A stretch of 64,000 nucleotides of DNA from an uncultured Gemmatimonadales bacterium (GCA_963748815.1 CAVVKJ010000010.1:1-64000), one strand, 5' to 3'; shown: positions 11,256 through 20,428, counted from the stretch's first letter. A program made the numbers and translations. The notes: generated by a model from the sequence alone, not told the origin.

Positions 11256-11306
11256 ATCCCAAGGGGAGCAATCCCCATGTGGGTTCGATCCCCACCCCGG
11301 GCACTG
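11256..11306 (+). repeat. Exact copy of the tRNA-Leu 3' part (att-like)
   Basis: ATCCCAAGGGGAGCAATCCCCATGTGGGTTCGATCCCCACCCCGGGCACTG, identical to 9600-9650. Confidence 0.95.
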
Positions 11307-11337
11307 ATCGATCCTCCGTTCCGCCCGCGTAGTTCCC

Positions 11338-14322
11338 CTATTTCGAACCCCCGCACGCACTGTCGGCCTCCGGGCACTCGATCGCTTCCAGCTGCCCGAG
11401 CGCGGCCTTCGCCTCATTGACCAGGTGCTGATGGGCTGGCACCGGCATGTCGTAGCGTCGGAGAAACTGCCGAAAGTGCCGCCCCGCCAGCTCTGACTGC
11501 CCGGTGGCCGCCTCCAGGCGTGCGCGCTCCAGGTCCACCAATCCCGTGATGGCCGATCGGGCCCGCTCAAGCGCGCTGACTTGCAGGTAGGCTTCAGCCC
11601 AGCGGAGCTGGCGCAGCGCCTCCGCCGTGTCACCCATCGCCGCCAGTCCACGGCTGAGGACCATCCGGTTGACGGCGGTGAGGTACGGTTGCCGGAAATT
11701 GGATTGATCGTACGGTTGGACGTCGATGCGCTCCCCTTCCACCTGGGCCAGCGCGGCGACCGACGCGGCTCGGTCGCCCCGAAGGTCGAGCGCCAGCCCG
11801 GCGAGTGAACGGTCCAGCCACCCTCCCATCGGATCGGCCAGCCCGCGGACACGACGGCGGGCCTCCTCGATGCCCCCTGCATCTCCCCTCGTCGCAGCCA
11901 GCACACCGTCCAGCCACGCGAGTTCACCGACGGCATCCGGTGTGAGGTCGGCCACCGTCTGGGCCGCGGGCGCCCGGCGTCGTTGCGCCTCGGCCGGGGG
12001 TGCTCCTCCCAGCCACGCCCCGATGACGGCCAACTGGTAGCGAAAGAAGTCTGCCTCGGCGAGCGACGTGCTCGCAGCGTATCGGTCGGCCACGGCGAGC
12101 GCCGAGTCCCACGCTCCCCGCGCTGCCCACGCTACCGACATGCCCCGCATCTGACCGTCGGCGATCACCTGGCTGGGTGAGCGACTCAGCACCCGCTCGC
12201 CAAAGTCGATCTGCGCCTCGGCGAAGCCGTAGCGCAGCGGACCCACATCAAAGGCCGCCAAGGGAATCGGGCCATGGTACTCGAGCCAGGCGGACGCGAT
12301 GCTGTCGCTCAGGTCGGGCGGCGCCTGCCCCCCCGCTCCCATCATCGCGAAATACCATCGATAGATGCGCAGGACATCAAACCCGATACTTGCAGACGTG
12401 GCGGAGTCGTAGTGGAGGCGTTCGAGCGCCTGCAGGGAGCGACGGGCGGCGACCCTGTCGCCTTGCTGAAGGCTGACGTTGAACAGGTGGTCCCAGGCGT
12501 CGGCAAATCCAGGATTGAGTGCAACCGTGCGCTCCAGCGCCTGCTGTGCCGCCGCGCGGGTGCCTGCCTGAAATGGGGCGAAATGATAGAGGTGGTCCGC
12601 GTAGTTGTACCAGGCCTCCCAGGACGACGGGTTCTGGGCCACCGCGCCAGCGAGCAACCGGTGCCGCACTGCGAGCGAATCGGTGAATCGAGCCTCGACC
12701 AGCGTCCGCTCCGGCTCCGGCAGCTCATCGCGATGCTCCCGGAGCCGCTCGGCCAGCGCGGTGTAGCGGACCCGACCGAAATCGTCCTCGAAGTACAGGT
12801 ATCTCCAGGACGCCATCCAAAAGGTCGAATCGGCGGCGATCGCCGCCGCGTACTTCGCGGTCGCTTCCGAGGTCCTGTCCTCCGCCAGGAGGCGCTCACC
12901 GTCGAGGAATGCGCGGAGCGCGGGTACTGACCGGGTGGAGAGCGCGGGGGGCAGGGGAGAGACAGGCGCACTCGACTGCCAGAGCTGCCCAACCAGCTGC
13001 AGCACCACGCTGTCGGCGAGCGCGACCATCTCGGCTTCGGAACCGGTGATCTCGATCCGGGCCACAGGCCGCCCCTCGCCGGCCGCGAACAGCCGGCCGT
13101 CGATCCGCACCCGGTCACCCACCCGGATCAGGCTCCCCTCGAGAATCTGGGTGGCGCCCAGCGATTCGAGCGCGGAAACCAGTCGGACGTCCTTCCCTTC
13201 CGCCGTGCGGGCGTCGGACTGCGCCAGCACCGCCACGGGATCGATGACTCCGATATCGGCGATCCCGTTCACCCGGGCACTGATCAGCACCATCAGGTCA
13301 CGGCCCAGGCGTACGAGTGACGAGTCCGAGCCGGTCGTCGCGAATGGGAGGACGGCGAAGGTGTGGGGCGACGCGGAGGCTCCGCCCGGCTGGCGATCCC
13401 TCGAGGCCAGCAGGGCCAGAGCGGTCACCGCGAGGGTGACCGCCGCCAATCCCATGACGATCCTCCGGCGGCGCCGGGGGGTGCCCACCGGCGGTGAGGC
13501 CAGGGCGACCATGGTCTGCCCGACCGAGGCCGCGTCACGCGTCGGAACGGCGGGCGGAGGCGACCGCTGGCCACTCGTCTCGCCACGCGCCACGATCTCG
13601 TTACGCAGCGCCCTTGTCTCGGCGCCCGGCGAGACGCCGAGCTCCTGACGCAGCCGACCCGCGAACTCGTCATACGTCCGCAAGGCACCGGCCCGGTCTC
13701 CGTGACGATCGAGCAGTGTCATGAGGCGGCGCACCGCTGGCTCCTCATCGCCCGACCACGCCACCGCGCGCCGCGCGGCGTCGATGGCTGCCCCCATCGT
13801 TCCCCCACCGGCCAGGCGATCGGCGGCATCGGCGGCGGCGTGCGTCGCCAGCCGGCGCAGGCGGCTCCGTTCCTGCTCGACCCACTCCTCGAAGTCCGGC
13901 GCCCCCGGAATGTGCAGTCCCGCCAGGTAGTCGCCGCGGTAGAGTGCGGCGACCTGCGTCCAGTCCCTTGCGCCAACGGCCGTCTCGAACGCCTGCGCGT
14001 CGGTGCAGAACTGGAGTGGATTCAGCCCCAATTCCTCGTCCCCCCGGCTCAGCAGGGTGCCATCTCCCAGGGCCTGTCGGAGGTGGTGGACCGTTTTGTT
14101 GAGCGCGTTTCGAGCGTGCGCTTCGTCGAGCTCGGGCCAGAGCAGGGAAAGCAGGAGGTCCCGGCGAAGGAAGGCGCCGGCGGGGAGCGCCGCGAGCCGG
14201 GCGAGTACGGCGAGGCGCTTGGGCTGCACCAGGATCGTCGGAACGGTCCGCCCGTCCGGCAAGCGGAGGTCCACCGCCCCAAGGACGGCAAATCGGATGC
14301 AGTGTGAAACGTTAGGGGTCAT
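11338..14322 (-). CDS. Membrane-anchored SARP-family regulator: winged HTH + BTAD + TM helix + TolB-N-like + TPR region
   Basis: QPKRLAVLARLA, RRDLLLSLLWPE..ARNALNKTVHHLRQALG, LYRGDYLAG..FEEWVEQER, TM IVMGLAAVTLAVTALALLA, FAVLPF, helical repeats. Confidence 0.85.
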   Translation of the reverse strand: MTPNVSHCIRFAVLGAVDLRLPDGRTVPTILVQPKRLAVLARLAALPAGAFLRRDLLLSLLWPELDEAHARNALNKTVHHLRQALGDGTLLSRGDEELGLNPLQFCTDAQAFETAVGARDWTQVAALYRGDYLAGLHIPGAPDFEEWVEQERSRLRRLATHAAADAADRLAGGGTMGAAIDAARRAVAWSGDEEPAVRRLMTLLDRHGDRAGALRTYDEFAGRLRQELGVSPGAETRALRNEIVARGETSGQRSPPPAVPTRDAASVGQTMVALASPPVGTPRRRRRIVMGLAAVTLAVTALALLASRDRQPGGASASPHTFAVLPFATTGSDSSLVRLGRDLMVLISARVNGIADIGVIDPVAVLAQSDARTAEGKDVRLVSALESLGATQILEGSLIRVGDRVRIDGRLFAAGEGRPVARIEITGSEAEMVALADSVVLQLVGQLWQSSAPVSPLPPALSTRSVPALRAFLDGERLLAEDRTSEATAKYAAAIAADSTFWMASWRYLYFEDDFGRVRYTALAERLREHRDELPEPERTLVEARFTDSLAVRHRLLAGAVAQNPSSWEAWYNYADHLYHFAPFQAGTRAAAQQALERTVALNPGFADAWDHLFNVSLQQGDRVAARRSLQALERLHYDSATSASIGFDVLRIYRWYFAMMGAGGQAPPDLSDSIASAWLEYHGPIPLAAFDVGPLRYGFAEAQIDFGERVLSRSPSQVIADGQMRGMSVAWAARGAWDSALAVADRYAASTSLAEADFFRYQLAVIGAWLGGAPPAEAQRRRAPAAQTVADLTPDAVGELAWLDGVLAATRGDAGGIEEARRRVRGLADPMGGWLDRSLAGLALDLRGDRAASVAALAQVEGERIDVQPYDQSNFRQPYLTAVNRMVLSRGLAAMGDTAEALRQLRWAEAYLQVSALERARSAITGLVDLERARLEAATGQSELAGRHFRQFLRRYDMPVPAHQHLVNEAKAALGQLEAIECPEADSACGGSK

Positions 14323-14341
14323 TTCCGCGGCGCGGTGTTGG

Positions 14342-14370
14342 AGGGAAGCCCCAGGGAAGTTCCGGGGAAT
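14342..14370 (+). promoter_or_regulatory. Three direct heptamer repeats at 11-bp period, candidate SARP operator
   Basis: AGGGAAG 14342-14348, AGGGAAG 14353-14359, GGGGAAT 14364-14370; TAnnnT hexamer TACCGT at 14381-14386. Confidence 0.6.
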
Positions 14371-14450
14371 CGCTCGGACCTACCGTGGCAGAGTATAGCG
14401 CTTCCGGCCACGCCGGCAAGCGGCCCATTCCCCGTACCAGGAGATTGACC

Positions 14451-14855
14451 GTGACGACACCCCGCGCAGTTGCGCCCGTCATCTGGGGAGCCATCATCTG
14501 CCTCCCCCTGCTGGCCTGCGGTGGGGAGGATTCCAACTCCCCGCCGCCACCCACACCCTCGTATGACATTTCCATCATCAACGGGGTGGGCTACAAGAGC
14601 GACTCCAACCTCAGCCAGAATCCCGCGGTCGATACCATCGTGACCGGGACAAAGGTGACCTGGATATGGAGGAATACCGGCACCACGCAGCACAATGTCC
14701 AGAGCGCCGGCAGTCCGACCTTTCCGGGAAGTGCCGACCTGAGTGGCGGCTCAAAATTCAGCTATACGTTCACCACGCCCGGCACCTATAACTACCAGTG
14801 CACGAGGCCGGGGCACGCGGCAGCGGGGATGATCGGTACGCTCGTTGTGCAGTAG
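14451..14855 (+). CDS. Blue-copper (cupredoxin, plastocyanin/azurin family) lipoprotein
   Basis: AGGAG RBS, lipobox LLAC, HNV and C-x4-H-x4-M (CTRPGHAAAGM) type-1 Cu ligands. Confidence 0.85.
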   Translation: MTTPRAVAPVIWGAIICLPLLACGGEDSNSPPPPTPSYDISIINGVGYKSDSNLSQNPAVDTIVTGTKVTWIWRNTGTTQHNVQSAGSPTFPGSADLSGGSKFSYTFTTPGTYNYQCTRPGHAAAGMIGTLVVQ

Positions 14856-14859
14856 GTCC

Positions 14860-16231
14860 GTGGCGCATCGCGTGACCACCTTGGGGCGCATCGCGGGCAT
14901 CGGCTTGATGGCCGGGCTCGCCGGTTGCCTCGACGCTGGCGGCCCCGGTGCGCCACTCCCCGAGGACGCTGAACTGCGCCGGTTGCTCGCGGAGGCCGAC
15001 GTGGAGGCGCTCGACCCGCCGCCGGCCCCCGACCCGGCCCTCGTGGCGCTGGGTCGGTTCCTCATGTTCGACCGGGAGTTGAGCGGCAACCGGGACATCT
15101 CCTGCGCCACCTGCCACCACCCGGCGCGCAACACGGGTGACGGCCTGCCCTTCTCCATCGGGACCGGCGGCCTCGGCGCCGGGGCGGCTCGACAGCTCGG
15201 GAATGGACGCGCATTCGTGGCTCGGAATTCACCGCCGCTCTTCAACCTGGGCGACGCTCGGTTCGCGGCGCTCTTCTGGGACGGCCGGGTGGAGCTGGAC
15301 GGGGCGGGAGTGCTCCACACCCCCGCCGGGGCAGCGCTTCCGACGGGGGTCGACGGGCCTCTGGCGGCGCAGGCGATGTTCCCGGTCCAGGACCGGACCG
15401 AGATGCGTGGGAAGGCCGGGGAGATGGACGTCTTCGGCGCCCCCAACGAGCTGGCGGTGATCGCAGACGACGATGCGCCGGCCATCTGGGCGGCGCTGAT
15501 GGACTCGCCTGCTCGGGATCCCGGAGTACGTGGCGCTCTTCGCGGCGGCCTTTCCCGGCGCACCGGCCGACTCGCTGGGCTTCGAGCATGCTGTGAACGC
15601 CATCGCTGCCTTCGAGGCGGCGACCTGGCGGTCGGATGCCTCGCCGTTCGATCGGTACCTGGCCGGCAACGATGAGGCGATGCCGATCGCGGCCCGACGG
15701 GGCGGGGTCGTCTTTTACGGGCGAGGGAATTGCGCGAGTTGCCACGCCGGCAACCTGCTGACGGATCAGAGCTTCGCGAACATCGGCGTCCCGCAGGTCG
15801 GCCCTGGCAAGGCCTCGGAACCGCCGCGCGACCTGGGGCGCGCCGAGGCCACCGGCGCGCCGGCCGAACGCTATGCCTTTCGGACGCCATCGCTTCGCAA
15901 CACGGCCATCACCGGACCCTGGATGCACGACGGTGTCTACGCCACGCTGGAGGCCGCCGTCCGTCACTATCTCGACGTACCGGCCGCGCTGTATGGGTAT
16001 GACGCCTCTCAACTTCCGCTCGCCTTCCGGGACATGGTGGTAACCGACCCCGCGATGAACGCGGAGATCCTCGCCAGCCTCGATTCCCGCCTGTTGCCGC
16101 AGCTCGACCTGACCGACGCAGAAGTGGATGACCTCCTGGCATTCCTCGACGCCCTCACCGACCCGTCAGTTGTCCAGCGCCTGTCCGACGTGCCGGCCTC
16201 CGTGCCGAGCGGGCTGCCGGTGGACCCCTAA
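14860..16231 (+). CDS. Di-heme cytochrome c peroxidase/MauG-family lipoprotein (frameshift near 15505)
   Basis: LSGNRDISCATCHH, RNSP, FWDGRV, NCASCHAG, FRTPSLRN..TGPWMHDG; lipobox LAGC. Confidence 0.9.
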
Positions 16232-16439
16232 CACCTGCCCCCGCCGCCGCTTCCCGGGGGGTGGCCGCCGGTTCCCCGCGCTAGATATCATCCCGAGCGT
16301 CGGCTGCCACGACCGTCCGGAGCCTGGGCTCCAGGCCGCCGAGTCAATCCTCCGGTGGAGACCGCAGGCGCGCCCCGTGCGATGTCGGATGAGAACAGGC
16401 GGGGGCCGCCGAAGCAGGTGAAAGGGCTACCGACCAGGC

Positions 16440-16817
16440 ATGTCGAGCGTGTTGAAGTTTTCGGTCGTCGTGGAGGCCGGCACCGGGCTCGCCCTGGTGC
16501 TGGCCCCCGCGATCGTGGCGTCGCTCCTGTTGGGCGCCGACTTGAACGCTGTCGCCGTCGTGATTGCGCGATGCTTCGGCGTCGCACTCATCGCGCTGGC
16601 GCTGGCCTGCTGGTCCAGCCGGCGGACAGGCCCGACGCGGCGGTGGCCACTCCGCGGCATGTTCGCGTACAACACCCTGCTGGCCGCGTACCTTGGGTAC
16701 ATCGGAGCCATCGGGGAATTTGATGGCGTGCTCCTCTGGCCGGCGGTGGCGATCCATGGCGCCGTGGCCCTGCTTCTCATCCCGGGGCTGGCACGCTCCG
16801 GGGATGGCCGTTCGTAG
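16440..16817 (+). CDS. Small multi-pass membrane hypothetical protein
   Basis: 125-aa ORF with about four hydrophobic segments. Confidence 0.65.
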   Translation: MSSVLKFSVVVEAGTGLALVLAPAIVASLLLGADLNAVAVVIARCFGVALIALALACWSSRRTGPTRRWPLRGMFAYNTLLAAYLGYIGAIGEFDGVLLWPAVAIHGAVALLLIPGLARSGDGRS

Positions 16818-16898
16818 CCGGGCCGTCCCTGACACCTCCTGGATCCCTTGCCGTAGGGAATTGACCGTCCACCCAATTCCCTGCCACGAGGACCCGCC

Positions 16899-17309
16899 AT
16901 GCCGCCAGCCACCGTTCGCGCCTCCGTGCTCCTCCGTGCCACTCTCGGTCTCCTCCTCACCATTCACGGCGTCTACCGGATCTACGACGGCGGCGTCACC
17001 GGCTTCGGCGGCTTCCTCGCCTCCGAACACGTTCCGCTCGGCGTGGCGGTCGCCTGGCTCGTCACGATTGTCGAGGTGGTGGGTGGGCCGGCGCTTGCGC
17101 TCGGATTCCTGGTGCGCCCGCTCTGCGCCTGGTTCGCGGTGGAGCTGTTTGCCGGCATCGTCCTGGTGCACGCCCGCGACGGCTGGTTCGTGGTCGGCGG
17201 GGGACGGAATGGAATGGAATACTCGGTCTTGCTGATCGTCGCGCTGGTAGTGACGGCCATGCAGCACCGGTCCGGACCGGAAACGAACGGGCCCACCCTG
17301 GGAGGGTGA
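16899..17309 (+). CDS. DoxX-family membrane protein
   Basis: LRATLGLLLTIHG, EVVGG..L.LG, GWFVVGGGRNGMEYS. Confidence 0.85.
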   Translation: MPPATVRASVLLRATLGLLLTIHGVYRIYDGGVTGFGGFLASEHVPLGVAVAWLVTIVEVVGGPALALGFLVRPLCAWFAVELFAGIVLVHARDGWFVVGGGRNGMEYSVLLIVALVVTAMQHRSGPETNGPTLGG

Positions 17310-17345
17310 GCCCTGGTTGTTGCCCCGATGTCCATCCGGTCGGCG

Positions 17346-17819
17346 CTAGGTGGCCCCGTCGGCGCCGACGATGATGTAGGTCAGCGATCCCCCCGTGGCC
17401 AGGAAGGGCATCGTCTTCCCGAGCAACTGCTCCAGCTTCGTCATCAGTTTCGGGTCGGTGGTGGTGACGGTCACCCCGACGATGTAGCTCCCCGGGCCCG
17501 ACCCCGAGATGGGGAAATAATCGTAGTCCAGCGTGTACACATCCTTGATGAAGGTGGTCCCGCTGTTCATGACGGGGACCAGCTCCGGCGGCACGATGCC
17601 GGGGCCGACTTCGGCCGGCCACTTGTAATCGTCGGTGTAGTACGCGTAGGTCGCGATCTTGATGGCGTTGAAGTCGGCCGCCACCCGTGCCGCGTGCGCG
17701 CTCTGCCGCAGGTCGATGTACTTGAGGATCGCGATCGACGACAGGATGCCGAGCACCACGAACACCACGAGCAGCTCGATAAGGGTGAATCCCCGCCGAG
17801 CGAGGGTGCGCGCGCTCAT
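17346..17819 (-). CDS. Type IV pilin/pseudopilin with prepilin peptidase site
   Basis: [31 protein letters not shown]. Confidence 0.9.
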   Translation of the reverse strand: MSARTLARRGFTLIELLVVFVVLGILSSIAILKYIDLRQSAHAARVAADFNAIKIATYAYYTDDYKWPAEVGPGIVPPELVPVMNSGTTFIKDVYTLDYDYFPISGSGPGSYIVGVTVTTTDPKLMTKLEQLLGKTMPFLATGGSLTYIIVGADGAT

Positions 17820-18340
17820 GGCTTCACCGTCCGTCGCGAGAGCACCTCGAAGGAGTTCTTCAGGAAGGGCGCCACGCTGTCGGTCGAGCGAAACGTGAGG
17901 CGCAGGCTCCCGCTCTGGCCCTCCAGCCGAAAGGTGCCGTCCGGATTGACGGTATAGGTGACCCCCTGCGGGACCACACCGACATCCGCCATCGATGCGG
18001 GCAGTTCCCCGTTGGCCTGGCGATAGTTCTCGATGCGGCGCGACTCCATGTACAGCAGCATGCGCAGGCTCGCGTCCTCGAATTCGACGCTGTGGGGAGC
18101 CGGCGGCGTCGGGATGAGCCAATCCGGCCGGGTGATCCCGAGCCAGGCGCCGACCCCGGCGAGCACGGCGAGCGACCACCACATCAGTCGGCGGCTGCCC
18201 GAGGCGTGACTCGACCCGCGCCTCCCGGGATTCGCCTGGCGCTTGCCCTGCTCCGATTGCACGGCGCCCTGGAGCGCATTGTACAGCGCCTCCTTGCTGC
18301 CGCCCGATCGGTTGTCGCTGTGCGGTGGGGGTGGAACCAC
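17816..18340 (-). CDS. Single-TM hypothetical protein with a GspG-like C-terminal segment
   Basis: GAGGAG RBS then [41 protein letters not shown]; stop overlaps the pilin start (ATGA). Confidence 0.6.
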   Translation of the reverse strand: MVPPPPHSDNRSGGSKEALYNALQGAVQSEQGKRQANPGRRGSSHASGSRRLMWWSLAVLAGVGAWLGITRPDWLIPTPPAPHSVEFEDASLRMLLYMESRRIENYRQANGELPASMADVGVVPQGVTYTVNPDGTFRLEGQSGSLRLTFRSTDSVAPFLKNSFEVLSRRTVKP

Positions 18341-18402
18341 TCCGACTCCTCGACGCTGGATGATGCAGGTAACTTCGGCGCTCGGCCTCCTGTGCGCAAT
18401 CC

Positions 18403-18780
18403 TTACCGGCGGGATGACTTTGCAACAAGCGCGTCGGCCACCTGTCCCGGAAACGCCCGGATATCGATCGGCTTCGTGATGTATCCGTCGAATCCGGCGC
18501 CGATGGCCCGCTCCCGATCCCCCGCCATCGCATGCGCGGTCAGCGCCACCACGGGAATCCGGGAGGGCACCTCGCGACGAATGTCCTGCAGCAGGGCGTA
18601 GCCGTCCCGCCCCGGGAGCTGGATGTCCATGAGCACGAGGTCGGGGCGGCTGTCGCGGATGTGCTGAACCAGCCCGTCGCCGCCACCCAGGCCAAGCACA
18701 TCGTGCCCGTGAAGCGTCAGCAGCGTGCGAAAGAGCTTCATGTTGTCGGGACTGTCTTCGACAATCAGTATCGTGGCCAC
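18403..18780 (-). CDS. Single-domain response regulator (DivK/CheY-like)
   Basis: [45 protein letters not shown]. Confidence 0.92.
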   Translation of the reverse strand: MATILIVEDSPDNMKLFRTLLTLHGHDVLGLGGGDGLVQHIRDSRPDLVLMDIQLPGRDGYALLQDIRREVPSRIPVVALTAHAMAGDRERAIGAGFDGYITKPIDIRAFPGQVADALVAKSSRR

Positions 18781-18901
18781 ATGTCCTCCCTCGGCGCGCC
18801 GTTGAGAATCCGTCGCCTCGGGGATAGGATTCGCCCGTCGAGGGTAGCAAACCCCGTGCCTTGCCTATAGTTGCGCCCTCTTTCCCCGGTCGGCAAACGC
18901 G

Positions 18902-19147
18902 ATGTGGCCTGATTCCCTTGCCGTCGTTGGACTTGATGCCCTCGGCGGATCCCTGGCATGGCAGGCGCGGGTGGCTGGCGTTTCCCGCGTCATCGGGTTT
19001 TCCGCCAGCCCCGCGGACGCCGTTCGCGCACTCAAGACGGGGGCGCTGACCGACCGGGGCGGTCCCCCGCCGAAATCATTCCGCGGATCCCCACCCTCGT
19101 CCCATGCCTGGCCCCCGACTCGATCCTGCCGACCTGGCGGGGGCCCG
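18902..19147 (+). pseudogene. Truncated prephenate dehydrogenase-like N-terminal fragment
   Basis: [15 protein letters not shown]...[20 protein letters not shown] resembles the TyrA Rossmann start; only about 80 codons before aroA. Confidence 0.55.
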
Positions 19148-20428
19148 GTGATCGTCCAGGCCGACCTGCGGGTGCCGGGGGACAAGAGCCTCACCCACCG
19201 GATGCTCCTCCTGGCGGGGATGGCGGAGGGAACCAGTCACATCGAGGGCGCGCTGACGTCGTTCGACGCGCGCAGCACCGCGCGTGTCCTCCGCCAGTTG
19301 GGGGTCGCGGTGTCGCCGCTGGCCGCGGGTCGCGGCATCGTGGTAAAGGGTCGGCCGCGCTTCCGCCGCGCGGATGCCGTGCTCAACTGCGGCAACTCCG
19401 GGACCTCCGCGCGCCTCCTGCTCGGGATGCTCTCGGCGCATCCGTTCGAGTCCACCGTCACCGGCGACGCCTCGCTGCGCCGCCGCCCGATGCGCAGGGT
19501 GACCGATCCCCTGGGCCAGATGGGCGCCCGGTTCACCTTCCAGGAGTCCGATGGCCTCCCCGTGACCGTCGTCGGTGGGCCGCTCGCGGGGATCCAGTAC
19601 ACCCTTCCCGTCTCGAGCGCCCAGCTCAAGAGCGCGCTGCTCCTGGCGGGGGTTGCCGGAGAGGTTCCGGTGGATGTGCGGGAGCCGGGGGGGCGTTCGC
19701 GGGACCACACCGAACGGATGCTCCGCGCGTTCGGATACCAGGTCGAGGACGACGGGGATTGGATTCGCTTCGCCCCGACCGGCCGGCTCCAGCCGGTGGA
19801 CCATACCGTCCCCGGTGATCCGTCGTCCGCCGCCTTCCTCGTCGGCGCGGCCTTGCTGGCGGAGAGCGGGGAGCTGCGCCTGCGCGCGGTGGGGGTGAAC
19901 CCCACGCGGACCGGCTTTCTCCGGGTGCTGGCACGGATGGGGGCCACGGTGGAGGTCGAGAACATCCACGACGTGGGCGGGGAGCCGGTGGGCGACCTGA
20001 TCGTGGGGCCAACCGACCTGACCGCGACCGATGTGGACGCGGCGGAGATTCCCGGGCTCATCGACGAAATTCCGCTGCTTTCGGTACTCGCCAGCCGAGC
20101 GGATGGTACCACGGTCTTCCGCGAGGTAGGCGAACTTCGGGTGAAGGAGAGCGATCGCCTGGCGCTCCTCGCCAGCAATCTCCGCGCGGTCGGGGCGCAG
20201 GCAGAGGCCCACGGCAATACGTTGACGGTGGTGGGGGGGCGCGCCATGCCGGCCGGCCGCGTCGTCACTGCGGGCGATCACCGGATCGCCATGGCGTTCG
20301 CGGTGCTGGGCACGTTGCCGGGTGCTCGCGTTCGGGTCGACGACCCCGCCTGCGCCGGCGTCAGTTTTCCCGGGTTTGACGAATTGCTCCGTGCCATGGA
20401 GGCCGGACGCAGGAGGAGGAGTCGATAA
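19148..20428 (+). CDS. aroA: 3-phosphoshikimate 1-carboxyvinyltransferase (class II EPSPS)
   Basis: VPGDKSLTHR, CGNSGT, SSAQLKSA, SRDHTERML, VPGDPSSAAF, ELRVKESDR, GDHRIAM. Confidence 0.96.
   Translation: MIVQADLRVPGDKSLTHRMLLLAGMAEGTSHIEGALTSFDARSTARVLRQLGVAVSPLAAGRGIVVKGRPRFRRADAVLNCGNSGTSARLLLGMLSAHPFESTVTGDASLRRRPMRRVTDPLGQMGARFTFQESDGLPVTVVGGPLAGIQYTLPVSSAQLKSALLLAGVAGEVPVDVREPGGRSRDHTERMLRAFGYQVEDDGDWIRFAPTGRLQPVDHTVPGDPSSAAFLVGAALLAESGELRLRAVGVNPTRTGFLRVLARMGATVEVENIHDVGGEPVGDLIVGPTDLTATDVDAAEIPGLIDEIPLLSVLASRADGTTVFREVGELRVKESDRLALLASNLRAVGAQAEAHGNTLTVVGGRAMPAGRVVTAGDHRIAMAFAVLGTLPGARVRVDDPACAGVSFPGFDELLRAMEAGRRRRSR

Larger units (their letters stand above)
9600..11306. mobile_element. 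Integrase-less genomic islet bounded by a 51-bp direct repeat of the tRNA-Leu 3' part (attL/attR-like)
   Basis: 9600-9650 is identical to 11256-11306; a single gene lies inside. Confidence 0.7.

Noticed and set aside
11250..11306. Second tRNA gene
   Set aside because: No D arm or 5' acceptor strand; it is only the 3' fragment.
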